Origin: Podarcis muralis
Taxonomy: Eukaryota
Length of the DNA stretch: 64,000 nt
Direction: 5' to 3'
Assembly (NCBI RefSeq): GCF_964188315.1
Contig: NC_135657.1
Location: 64,604,001-64,668,000, forward strand
The translations under genes were made by a program, and so were the position numbers. A model generated the notes under the pieces. It was not told the DNA's origin, did not search any database, and worked only from the letters and a program-made list of their open reading frames with translations. Positions 24,901-36,892 of the stretch are shown here, piece after piece. The stretch's first letter is position 1. Every line of letters begins with the position of its first letter.

Positions 24901-26194
24901 GTATTTTTAAAAAAATAAAAAATGGCTGCAGTGTCCTGTGTTTGGAGTATGCACGAGAATCTTGGGGATGATATGTACATTTTCCCTAAAACTTTAAGCT
25001 ATGCTTCATTCTTCACTGGCATGCTGGTCTTCAACTTAGAGTGTGCCAATGTAGTTGGCCTGGAAAATGTCTCCAGTCAAAATCATCCTGATCCATATTC
25101 AAAACTGGCTCCGAGGAATCTGAAAGAACTATTTCTTCCATTACTTTGTAGGAATGAGATATGTTATAAGTTTGTCCCTTCTTTTGAGTCTCTTTTTGGT
25201 GCATGGGAATTTAATGATAAACTTAATCTTTTTTTTTTTTAAAGTGAACTCTCTTTCTGTGCAGAACAGAAAAGTATATAATAATGTGAATCTATTCACG
25301 GTGCTGTCCACACAATGACTGACCTGAGCCTGAAATCAGTATGTCATAATAATCCTTTAATTAAATTACAGAATGGTTGAACTATTGTGATTTTAAAAAA
25401 ATTAAGAACTCCTTCTAAAATTATATAATGATACAGGCTTGCTCTGCCAATAGACTTTGAATAAATGATGAAACCTAGAGCTTAAATTTGTAACTTTGAT
25501 TTAGATCTGGTAGCATTAATATATAGCCTTCCTGAATCATGATTTAATGGAGCCCTGTCCAGTGAAGGCTACAGGTAATATATGTGAAAATTTATTAATA
25601 GAAACCTGACAATTCTAGTCTTCAAGGTAACGTGTTTTTCCCCTTCAAGAAACTCTGAATGCAAATTCTGGTGATTCAAAAAGCAGTAACAGTGGTTTGA
25701 TGAATGAGCCCTTGGGGAAGGAAGGGAAAACAATAATTTTGCACCAAATTTCCTGTGTATCTATCATACTCTGAACTGGGCAGCCTTGACAATATTACTT
25801 TTCTGCTTAAAAAACAAATTAAATACTTACAGGAGGCAGTTAAATTCCATCATATTTTACATGACCTAGCATATTTCTGCTTGTCCTCATTAGCGCTTTA
25901 CATTCTTGAATTTCACCACTATACTAATGAAAAAGCTCAGTATATCATGGGTGGGCTTGAATACATACGTAGTATTGCTTCACTATATTTAAGTAGTACT
26001 TTTTAACAGAAAGAGAGGAATGAAGGAAATAAGCAGCTGTCTGCCACTTTACGATAACGAAAGCAAACAAGAGGGCTTCCTGCCTTCACCTGGATGACAA
26101 GATTTGAAGTAGATATCTGATTTTGTAGAGAAATTAGAGAAAGCTCACACAACTTGTGGCTCAACAGTCACAGTAGCCTGGGGTCAGGGGACAG

Positions 26195-26446
26195 GAAGAA
26201 GAAGAAGAGTTTGGATTTGATATCCCGCCTTTCACTCCCCTTAAGGAGTCTCAAAGCGCCTAACATTCTCCTCTCCCTTCCTCCCCCACAACAAACACTC
26301 TGCGAGGTGAGTGGGGCTGAGAGACTTCAGAGAAGTGTGACTGGCCCAAGGTCACCCAGCAGCTGCATGTGGAGGAGCGGAGACGCGAACCCGGTTCCCC
26401 AGATTATGAGACTACCACTCTTAACCACTACACCACACTGGCTCTC
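26195..26446 (-). mobile_element. Squam3-type tRNA-derived SINE, full length
   Basis: Reverse strand starts GAGAGCCAGTGTGGTGTAGTGGTTAAGAG (A box), has B box GGTTCGCGTCTCC, and ends in a (CTT)n tail. Confidence 0.85.
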
Positions 26447-27139
26447 AATATAGGACACAATATACGTCTAAATTTTGACACTTGCCAAGCTGCAGTCAGC
26501 ATGATTGGTCCAACGTTGTATATAGTAGGTCCAAGGGACGGTTTTCTGCTGAAGGGCCATGTCCCCTGGTGATGAACCTTTGGGGGCCTACATGTCTGAT
26601 GTTCCAGAGGCAAAAGTGGTTGAGGAAATGGATGCAACTCTTCCTGTGTATAGTGGACTATATTCCAGCCATGCATGTTTCTATTCACGTGCGCGCGCAC
26701 GCGCGCACACACACACACACACACCATCCAGGCAAGTAAGAGGCATGTTTACAGTTAAAGGACAATTTCCTATCAGGCAAAAGTACTTGAGGATGATGCA
26801 GAGCAGGGTTGCTGAGGGAACATGGTCTGGGGCCTGTAGGGTCTGGGGTTCCCTATTGTAAAGCCTTAAATTAGTGAAATGTAGAACCATTTTGTTCATC
26901 TCATAAAAATTATACAAGCCAAAACATTTTTTATGATGTTATAGATTGATTTACCGAGCTTACAGAGAGCCAAGGTGGAGAGATTGTCGTGTGTCCATTG
27001 CCACTATATGCTAAGTTTGGATTTGAAAGCAAGGTTCTTTCGCTGAAATCCAGAAGCTTAATCTAAACGTTTCACTGATTCTCAGAAATTCCTTAATCCT
27101 GCCAGGGATCCTGCTAAGACTCTGAAATTGTTTCCACAG

Positions 27140-27341
27140 GTCAGTTACAGCAGCATAAGATCATTTGATCCCGCAGTTCCAGTGGCTGGGCCAGCTCAAA
27201 CTGTGTCAAAGCTATGGAACAGTACACATCATGTCTTTTCCCATCTACATCCCGGGACTACCTACCAGTTTTATATAAGGGCCAGCACGGTGAAAGGATT
27301 TGGGCCAGCTGCGGCAATCAATGTAACCACCAATATTTCAG
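27140..27341 (+). CDS. PTPRK: PTPRK exon 10 equivalent (202 bp), second half of FN3 repeat 3
   Basis: ttccacag|GTCAGTTAC...ATTTCAG|gtaatg. Translates [67 protein letters not shown]. Confidence 0.98.
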
Positions 27342-28216
27342 GTAATGGCAAGCACACACACACACAAAAATATTTTTCATATTCTTACATATTTGTTTTT
27401 ACATAAATTGTTACCCCTTCCCTTCAGGGAATTCTAACAAAACATGCTGGCTGCAGTCAAGAGAAGATCATTGGGTTTAATTAAACATGCAAGAAGGGGA
27501 TATTGTGAATGAGAGTGCAAGCTGCATCCCATTCCCCTTGCTCTGTGCATGTTCAAGGCTGATTATCTGCTGTGGGGAAGCCTCCTTTGTTCATGGAGGT
27601 AACTGCATGTTTGCAACCCTGATACTCCAGGCATGGGAGCCTCCACGACTACTGGGGGCTTGCTTGCTGAAGACAATTGTCCCTGAACATGTGGACTATG
27701 ATTGAGATGGAGGGCAGTGTAGAGAGAGAGAGACCTACTGCACTCATGCAGTCTCCCCTCCTTGTGTGTTAATTTAGTCTCCATAATATGGGGGTCGCTA
27801 ACACAGTGCCTGCAGTGCCTGTGAAGGCTGCCTTTGGTGCCCCGGGATAAACCAGAATCCTCAAATTCAAAGCTTTCATTTTTTAACAAATAAAATTTCT
27901 ACCGTTTTTAGAACTTGAGGTATGATGCAAAAATTACTTGTCTCTCCCATGCTCCCTCCTCACCCCTCTCTTTCGGTCCACCCTTTCAGCATTTACTTTG
28001 CACTCACCTGAAAAATTCTAGCAGAGGTGGGAGAGAGGGAAAGGTGAAGCATGCATGTATAAGACAAACACAGAAAGATGTCTATGTGTCTGTGTTCCAT
28101 ATGCATGTCTGCGCTCTTTAAGAGTGAACGTGGTATGGCCACCTGATACATCTTTTGCCTGGTGCTGAGACAAATTATCCCTGTTGCTTTTAGACAGCAA
28201 CAGCATCTGAGTGTAC

Positions 28217-28218
<2 letters not shown>

Positions 28219-28256
<38 letters not shown>
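28219..28256. repeat. (GT)n microsatellite
   Basis: About 19 GT units read directly. Confidence 0.95.
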
Positions 28257-28259
<3 letters not shown>

Positions 28260-28631
28260 TAATATTGTGCGATCTCCACAATTGGGACCAGCAGGACATA
28301 GCTGACTTCCTGTGGCAAGCATTTTGTTCAGTTTGGTCCCCACCCCCCAAAATTTTGTGCTATGCCACACCCCCAGGCCATGTTGTCCCTGGTGCCCACA
28401 ACACTTTCTCAAATTTAATAAATGTGACCCCTACGCAATGAATGCCTGGAAAGGGTTAATGAGTGAATGGTAACAGATAACAAGAGTGTTTTGCACAGTG
28501 TTCTGCTCAGGTGGACAAACACTTAGAAAGGAGATTATATACACAGTCTGAAACCCACATGGAGTAATTTGGATTATTTTGCATCCTTGTAGAAGAATAT
28601 CCAACCCTCTTGTGCAGTTATACATACACAC

Positions 28632-28740
28632 AGAATCATAGAGGCGTCGAACAGGAAGGATATGCAGGAATGTTTTTGCCCAATGTGGGGCTCAAACCCA
28701 CAATGCTGAGATTAAGAGTCTCATGCTCTACCAATAGAGC
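28632..28740 (-). mobile_element. tRNA-Lys(CTT)-derived SINE with CR1-type tail, degenerate
   Basis: Reverse strand GCTCTATTGGTAGAGCATGAGACTCTTAATCTCAGCATTGTGGGTTTGAGCCCCACATTGGGC, followed by TTCCTGCAT and CTATGATTCT. Confidence 0.7.
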
Positions 28741-29409
28741 CATGTTCACGGTACTATTTATATAGCATGAGCTGTGTGTTTAATTTCATTTATTTTACTG
28801 AATAATGGAAATTGGTTTAGGGTGCTAAAATCCAAACCGAGATGCATAAATGAAAATAATGCACCTCTAATTTAAGGTTGTTCATCGTTTTATACTTTAC
28901 TGTGTTTGCTATCTTTTATGTACAACACAAAATAGGTAAGTAGTGTTTGCATATGAGTAATATCAAACAGGAGGCTAAAGCACCCACAGTTCTTCAATAG
29001 CCTAGCAGAAGGTTCTGGGCTTGTTTGGAAACTGAGCTTTGTAGAGCTACTGGAAGTGAGTGCTGGAGTCCTGGGAAATGAATGCAATGTGTTACATCAG
29101 CTGCTGTTTCTCTGTATCATTAACATGGCCGTTAAGGGACACACACATTTTGCCACGCTGATACAGCATTTTGATTTTGGGCCAGGTTGCTATACACTAT
29201 TCACTTAAAGAGCATGGGACGTTTACTAGATCCAGCTATGTTGGGAGATTTTCATAAAATGTTCCTGCTTTTTCATTCTCCTACATTGTGCCATGGATTT
29301 AATGCAGAGGTGGAGAACATAGTGCAACAGATGATGTTGGACTTCACATTCCATCAGCCCCAGCCATCATGGCCAGTGTTGAGGGATTGCAGGAATTGTA
29401 GTTGTAGAT

Positions 29410-29604
29410 GGGAAAGTACCATAGCTCAGTGGTAGAGCATCTTCTTCACATGCAAGAGGTCCCACGTTCAATCCCTGGACCCTCCAGGTAGGGCTGGGTG
29501 ACACCACTTTATGAAGTCCTGGAGAATTGGTGCCAATCATTGTAGACAATACTGGGCTAGGTGGACCACTGGTCTGACTTACTATTGGACAGCTTTCTGT
29601 TTCC
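29410..29604 (+). mobile_element. tRNA-derived squamate SINE
   Basis: CCATAGCTCAGTGGTAGAGCAT...GTTCAATCCCTGG (A and B boxes) followed by GTAGACAATACTGGGCTAGGTGGACC. Confidence 0.8.
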
Positions 29605-30254
29605 CTGTGTAATCTGAGAAGGTTATGGAGACACCATGTTAGTTTAGCCCTGAACTGATACATTTTGAAATAATTGGGCTAGAATCCAAAGTAGCGCTAA
29701 ATCTCTTGTTCCCTCAGTGCAAGGATGGAAATCCTTGTGCTTTCTAGGGGTTTATAAAACATTTTTGAGCAAATCTGGGAACACTGTAGGACATACGGAG
29801 TGAAGGAGAAAGTCCTGTTGTGCAAGCAGAAATCTTTATGCTGATGGGACATAGCAGGATGTTGGTTATCACAGCAAGAAATGAGACATGGGACCATGAA
29901 TGACTTCTGTATTCAGAAGGAACAAGTATTGACTAGGCTCCCATGTCTATGGCAACTGCAAATCTTATTTTTTTCCTGTCGAATACATGCCGAAATCAGT
30001 TCATAATGGCAGTACAGAGAGGAGATAGCCTGTCTCTACAGAAAGCTGTATAAGGGTTAGAAGAGAGTCAGAAGCTGCTTGCTGTTGAAATGCAGGATAT
30101 CCTTTCATTTGAATAGTGGTTCTTTATCACCTGGCAGCCTCAACAGAAAAGTGATTCTGTTTCAAAAGGCTGGGATTAAACATCAGGTTTCTAGAGATGA
30201 ATAATTTAGGAAGGATAGATTCAAGTTTTCAGAAGACCTGAAAAATTATAATTA

Positions 30255-30601
30255 CCGTATATACTCGAGTATAAGCCGACTTTTTCAGCACATTTTTTAT
30301 GCTGAAAAAGCTCCCTTCGGCTTATACTTGAGTGAGGGTCCTTGTCGTTGGTGGAGGAGGGGGAACGAGCAGCCTGAAAGCAACCCTTTCGGGCTGCTTG
30401 TTCTTTCTCCGCCGCTGCTGCCACCAGCCTCTACCTCTTGGCAGCACCCTAGGTAGGCAGGGGGACGGGAGGGACTGGGGAGAGAGGTTTGTGGTGTGGT
30501 AAACTGGCTTATACTCGAGTCAATAAGTTTTGCCAGTTTTTTGTGGTAAAATTAGATGCCTCAGCTTATATTCGGGTTGTCTTATACTCGAGTATATACG
30601 G
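30255..30601. mobile_element. Tc2-like MITE (347 bp)
   Basis: Perfect 21-bp TIR CCGTATATACTCGAGTATAAG with TA on both sides (30253-54 and 30602-03). Confidence 0.9.
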
Positions 30602-31150
30602 TATTTTACCATGTACAACTGTTAATTCTAATGTCTTTCATCCTGAGCTGCCATATCACTGTCATGTCATTTCATAATTTCAATCAGTTAAGTGGGGGCG
30701 GGAATTGATCATGGTAGAACAGTTTATACATAATATATACACAGTTCCACAATATGCTCCTGCTGTTACTTGAGGAGTATTTCTTATGCAACATTTGTTG
30801 AAACACTGAATAAAAATGGTCATGATTTCTTCAGATCATAAGTCTACCCACAAGTTTTTTCACTGAGATTATTTCCATTCATTAATGTACGCAAATATTT
30901 ATATACCAGTCATGATGCATCTCCCAGAACAATTAAAACCAATATGCAGTGCATTCCAGAAATACAATAGTATTCTTCATCATCATCATTCACTTTCTTC
31001 ACAAAAGTGAATCAAAGTAATTTATATAAACCATAAAACACTGAAACAACCAACCATCTGATCACAATTGAGAAATGTGGTTGTTTGTACATTGTAGAAA
31101 CTGGTAGAAAAGCTATGTGTTTTGGCTGATTTTATTTTTCTTCTGATTAG

Positions 31151-31250
31151 CTCCCACATTACCAGACTATGAAGGTATTGATGCATCTTTCAATGAAACA
31201 GCCATCACTGTGCTCCTGAGACCAGCACAAGCCAAAGGAGCTCCTATCAG
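31151..31250 (+). CDS. PTPRK: PTPRK exon 11 equivalent (100 bp), start of FN3 repeat 4
   Basis: tctgattag|CTCCCACA...CCTATCAG|gtaaaa. Translates (A)PTLPDYEGIDASFNETAITVLLRPAQAKGAPI(S). Phase 1 to phase 2. Missed by the ORF track. Confidence 0.97.
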
Positions 31251-32039
31251 GTAAAAAACAACCAGCACCACAATATGCAAACCATTCTATAGTTAAAGCC
31301 TATGGCTAAACATTTAGATCTGAGTAGCCAACTACTGTCCCTCCAGAAGTTGTTGGACTACAACTTCCATCATCTCCATCTAGCATGGGTAGTGGGCAGA
31401 GATGATGGGAGTTGGAATCCAACAGCATCTGGAAGGCCACAGGTTAGCTACCCCTGATTAGATAATAAAATAATTTTTCAATTATCAGTAATCTTAGCTA
31501 TTCAAGGCCTGATCCATTGAAAGGCTTCTTTGATTTTGTCAAGTTCTTGTTTAATTATTTGATCTTGTACTACTATTAGCATTTGTGAAATATGGAAGAT
31601 GCTCAGTCCTATGCAGATAGGACTTGACATTTGAGTAAACCTGCAACCCTTATATGGTGATATGTTCCTGGTTCAGTAGTAAAAGACTTGGGCGGTCTAG
31701 GTTCAAGTCCCCTTCTGCCATGGACATACCAGGAGGCTATGGGCCCAGGTGATGTGTCCTGGCCTCAGTTCCCTGTTGTTAAAAAGTGGAATAGTGGTGG
31801 GGATACATATGCATAGGGGATAATGCTCTGCAACCACACTTGCCAGAAGAATTAAGAAAATTTGCACAACCTTGTTTGCATATGAAGCAAGATTCTGTTT
31901 CTTGCTTCAGCAAGTTCTTGGACATGACTTCTGTAGTCTGGATATCTCAGCTTAAAAATCTGTGTTTCACCTCTAGACGATGTGGTGCGTGTTGTTTTTG
32001 TTTAATTTTTGTAGCCTTTGATGTTAATAGTTTGTGTTT

Positions 32040-32540
32040 CTATTACTTATTTATTTAAACTAATATCCTGCCCTTCTTCCAAAGGAGTCCTGGTGGCAAA
32101 CAGAAAAGTTAAAACATTACAGTTAAAAATAAAATGAAAACATATGGAAAACATTATTTATTTATTTATTTATTTTCAAAAAGCAAGTGTCAAGTGTTAC
32201 AAACATTTTAAAACATTTTTAAAAGAATCACATACCCTCACATGTAATGGTTTCAAACTTGCCGGGAACATAGTCTTTCAACCTGGGTAAACATGAATGT
32301 TTTTATGCTTCTCCTGAACATTGTTAATGAGGAAGACAGAGAGAAGCACCTTGCCAGGGAATACATTCCACAAATGGGGAGCTGCCACCAATAAGGCCCT
32401 GTCACTGGTCAACAATTCTGCATTCAAGCTGCTGTTTAAGCATTGAATGTAAGCCATTGAATATTAGCAAACCCCAGAGCTCTTCCATATGAGGAAGAGA
32501 CCCTTATATGAGAGACCCTCCTCACACAGAGGAGCTTTTT
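32040..32540 (-). mobile_element. Degenerate L2 LINE 3' portion
   Basis: TTATTTATTT tail-like start and ATTCCACAAATGGGGAGCTGCCACCAATAAGGCCCT (reverse of the L2 RAFSVAAPxLWN motif). Confidence 0.6.
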
Positions 32541-33282
32541 ATGGTGCAGTAGTATCTGCTCCCTATTTACTATGGCACTAATTTCTGCTCTTTTTAAAAC
32601 AATTATCTGGCTTAGCTTCAGGTTACTTAGTTGTGGCAAGATAAGTCCCAGCTGACGTTCTGAAACCAGAACATCTCAGGATGTATTTTTGACAGCCCAT
32701 TTCTATTCTCGATCTCTCGGGGAAATGCCAATGTTAAACAGTTCAACAAACTTACTCAATTTAAATATGCAGCATCTAATTATGTGTTTTAGGAGTCAGC
32801 CTTCCTGATATAAATGCTCCCTTGTATTCCTTGCCTGCTTTGTGCACATGCCTCTTGAAGCAGATGTTTGGGTAATCCAATTCAAATTTGCAGGTGCCGT
32901 CAATCATTCCTTAAGATGCAACATGCGGCGGTAGTCACAGCTCTAATCATGACATAATCGTGTCTTGCCTGCCAAGCGTTATCTCATAATCTCTAGTTTT
33001 CTTTATGGCCTCCTGAAGTTGTAAGCCAAACAGCAGACATGAAATACAAAGGGAGACTGGATGAATCAGTATTTATAATCAGATATTAAGTCTTACTTTT
33101 ACCAAGCTGGAGGCTCTCAGCTCAGCCAGGAAGGAAGAAACATTTATTCATCAGTGAGCTGCAAAGAAAGGTGATTTGCTTATCAGTGGCAGCATGCACT
33201 ATTTAATCCTCTCTACTGAACAGGGTCCCTGAAATTAATAAATAAAGGTGGCAAGTAATTGCCAATGAGTGATTATAAGGAC

Positions 33283-33775
33283 CAACTAATCCAGAATGCG
33301 GCAGCAAGACCGGTGACTGGGAGTGGCCACCGAGACCTTATAACACCAGTCTTGAAAGACCTACATTGGCTCCCAGTACGTTTCTAAGCACAATTCAAGA
33401 AGTGTTGGTGCTGACCTTTAAAGCTCTAAACAGCATCAGTCCTGTATACCTGAAGGAGTGTCTCCACCCCTATCGTTCAGCCCGGACACTGAGATCCAGT
33501 GCCAAGGGCCTTCTGGCGGTTCCCTCACTGCGAGAAGTGAGGTTACAGGGAACCAGGCAGAGGGCCTTCTCAGTAGTGGCACCCACCCTGGCCCTCCCAC
33601 CAGATGTCAAAGAGAACAACAACAAATCAGACTTTTAGAAGGCATCTGAAGGCAGCCCTGTTTAGGGAAGCTTTTAATATTTGATAAATTTTTGTATTTT
33701 AATCTTTTGTTGGAAGCCACCCAGAGTGGCTGGGGAAACCCAGCCAGATGGGCGGGGTACTACTACTACTACTAC

Positions 33776-33811
<36 letters not shown>
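33283..33811 (+). mobile_element. L2 LINE 3' end with (TAC)n(AAT)n tail
   Basis: Encodes IQNAAAR...ITPVLKDLHWLP...VLTFKALN...RTLRSS...RAFSVVAP, the C-terminus of L2 ORF2, followed by a microsatellite tail. Confidence 0.88.
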
Positions 33812-33812
<1 letters not shown>

Positions 33813-33929
33813 TCCATGTTATCTTCCCCACCCCTCTTTCAAACTAGTGGAGCTATCCTGTTGCTGTTTTCTTTATTTATTTAAAAGCATTTCTAAACTG
33901 CCTGATATTTTAAATTGTTTCATTACCTT

Positions 33930-34347
33930 TGTATCCCACCGCACCATGGCTCTCTCCTTCACTGCTTTATCTTCACAACAATCCTGTGAGATGGGTTAGA
34001 CGAGGCATGTCCAAAGTCCACTTTGGGGGCCTAATCCAGCCATTGTAGCAGCATAGGTCTTCCTTAAAAAAGCAGTATAGGTCATCCTAAAAAAGGGTGA
34101 AATTGTAAAATAAGCTCAACAAATTCAGTCCTAAAAAAAAAGCTCAATAACTTTGCTTGGCCCTCACGCATGTTCACTTCATCAAATCTGGCCCTCTTTG
34201 AAAAAAGTTTGGGCACCCCTGGGACTGTGGATGGCCCAAGGTCATCTTCCAGTGAGTTTCATGGCCAAGTAGGGATTTGATTTCCCAGGTTTTAGTCCTA
34301 CACTCTAAGGTAATCTATAAAATGAGCAGTACACCCCACTGGCTCTC
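33930..34347 (-). mobile_element. Squam3-like SINE interrupted by a hAT/Charlie-like MITE (about 34002-34221)
   Basis: SINE halves CACAACAATCCTGTGAGATGGGTTAG and GGCCCAAGGTCA...CACTGGCTCTC flank GGCATGTCCAAAG...AAGTTTGGGCACCCCTG. TSD not clean. Confidence 0.6.
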
Positions 34348-35645
34348 ATTACTCTCACTGTGTTCTGTTTTCCAGGACTACATAGGAAGAGGGCTGGTTA
34401 AACTTGTAGACTGAATTCTGCTTAGCCATGTGTGCAAATAGCAGATTAAGTGACAAAACTGTTCTGGGATTATACTATGGGAGGAGCATTCTCATGATAG
34501 ATTGTTCATCCAGTTAAAATAAACTCACTGCAAGTTGAAACCTAGATGTTCTTCAAACCCTTCTCCCTGATATACTAGTCTTGTATGTGCTGTACACCCT
34601 CCTCAAAGCAGGCAATCTCCTGTTTGCCCCCTGAAATGACATACTCCAGCATCAGATTTACCATCTCGTCTGCTTCTTCTGGTGAATTAAGCTTCAGTGC
34701 CCTTGAAATAGCAAAATTTGAACACTTCCTCTGTTGCCTCCCTAAAAGATAATGAATGTTTGTAACTCCTCCCTTGAATGAAACCTTGGTTTCATGCTAA
34801 AACATAAATTGAATCATAAATAAATGAAACATTTCATACGCACGCTTCACCCTGCTTCTGCTCTTCCCTTGGGCTTTATTCTTCTAAAGTGGCCAGATAT
34901 TGGAATTGACAAGTTTACTGATCTCCTGGCATTTTGGAGAGTAAAAGTCTTGTCATTTGTTTTGCGTTGGCAGCGCTCGAGAAAGGAGTGACAGTGTCTG
35001 CAGAGGCAAGCATTAAGATGTCCATTGTTCCCAAGAGGGAAAGCCAATTGCTTATGCAAAACTTAGATTGCATTGCATTACTGCCTAGATTCTTAAGGGA
35101 GGGAATGAATAAAGCATGTAGTATTTAACATCTTTTCATGTGAGAGTATCTGAAAAGAAAATTAGGGATTGTATCCAACTCAGCCTAAATTGAGTGGGTC
35201 TTCTCTGAGTATAACTTGGTTGGATATCACCCTAATGGAATAAGCTTCCCCGACTTTCGCCCCCTTTACTCCAATTTGTCCGCACTGCTTCTCATTGCTT
35301 GAGGTCATGCTCACTTTGCTTTTTGCTACCTTAGCAGAGTTTAGCAGGGGCGGGGGGGGGGGTGAACCTGTGATTCTCTGGATGTTGTTGGATTCCTAGC
35401 AGCCCAAGCCAACCTGGCTGCTGATCAGATTTGATGGGAGTTGGAGTGATGAGCATCTGCAGCAGAGCATTAGAAGCAACTAAAAATGTCCCTTACACCT
35501 ACATGAATCCCAACTAGCTCAAATGATTTCTATGCGACATTGCATGCGGATCTTTTGGTATATGGTCCCATTTTATTTTATTTCATTGTGGGAGTCTAGG
35601 GAGGAAGAGATTTTGACGTACTTGAAAATGCCGTGGTTCTTTTTG

Positions 35646-35857
35646 TTTTTTGTTTTTTTTAAAATAAATTTTTATTAGTTTTTCATAAGTAAAAAGGAAA
35701 CAAAGCAAAAACATAAACAAACACAAAATCGACTTCCCCGTACCACCCCTTTTCTGCATTCTTGTTTCAAGATTTTTCAGCAACCCTTTCGTAATAAACT
35801 TATTTATATTTCATAAATTTAACTTCCATAAGTTATTAATACAACTGTAGTTCTTTA
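35646..35857 (-). mobile_element. 5'-truncated L1/Tx1-like retro-insertion
   Basis: Poly-T tail on the + strand. Flanked by a perfect 23-bp direct repeat TGAAAATGCCGTGGTTCTTTTTG (35623-45 and 35858-80). Confidence 0.75.
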
Positions 35858-36892
35858 TGAAAATGCCGTGGTTCTTTTTGAAACAGGAGCTCAATTCAAC
35901 TTTGTCCTTTATGGCACTTTCTAACAGAACATCCAAGTGCTGATTATCAATTAGTCTAATGTTTCAGTTGTTTGCCTCTTTCCTCTATAGGGAAAAGAAG
36001 AGCTATAATTACATTCTCTGGTAAAATGAGATTTTTATGAGGAATGACCAAGAGCTGTCATTGCGAGGAAGGTATTGGCAAGTTTAGGCTGAAGTTTGTT
36101 TTGGGGGTTAGCTTTTTTTCCCCGTCCTTTTTTTTTTTAATAGGCTAGATGCCATCTGCTCTAGCAATTTGTAACGTTTTTGTCAGTGGCAACTGTAGGG
36201 AAAGGAGTCAGACTATTTGGAGGGAGTGGACAGATTTCCGTCCATCTGTGCTTGTATTACAGGATGTCGCTTATACTTTAGATCTGCATAGCTGTGAGCC
36301 AAGTTAGATGCCACAGCAAGGTCAAAAGGTGGAGATGCCTGTCGACGCGCTTCTGTCTCTAGTAATATGACAACAGCAAATTGGTGCTTCAGGCATTGCT
36401 TGGAGGCTGCCACGACGGGCCTTGAAGCCGAGCTTCCTATAATATCCTTTCAAAGGCAAATGCTGACTTCAAATGCTGCAAATTATCAAGCAGAAGGATT
36501 AATCTATTAAAAATGTCTGTGCTTAATGTAAGATCCAGTCGTGGTCTGCTTAATAGTTCAAAGTCTACATCAGTGATGAGAAAGACTTTCCTGTTCCATT
36601 AGATCTTTTGGGGAAGGGAGGCTGAGAGCGACGTTGCTGTGGAAATAAAGGAGGGAACTGAAATTAAAATTAGGAGAAATAAAATGACCACCTTCCACTC
36701 GGGGCCTATTGCTGAATATGATTTGGTTATGAGACGCATAAGCTGCCATTTTTAAACCTGCTTCTCTGCTTGACTTGCGCTTCTGAGCTGAGTGTGGTAC
36801 TATTTGGCGCAACATAGTTACATGATATAGTGTTGTGTGGTGTCGGTCTGGCATCCTCTTATAAGTCATGTTTTTCTCTTGGCTTTTAACAG

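Noticed and set aside
28675-28740. tRNA-Lys(CTT) gene on the minus strand
   Set aside because: Acceptor and T stems are mismatched and a SINE body follows.
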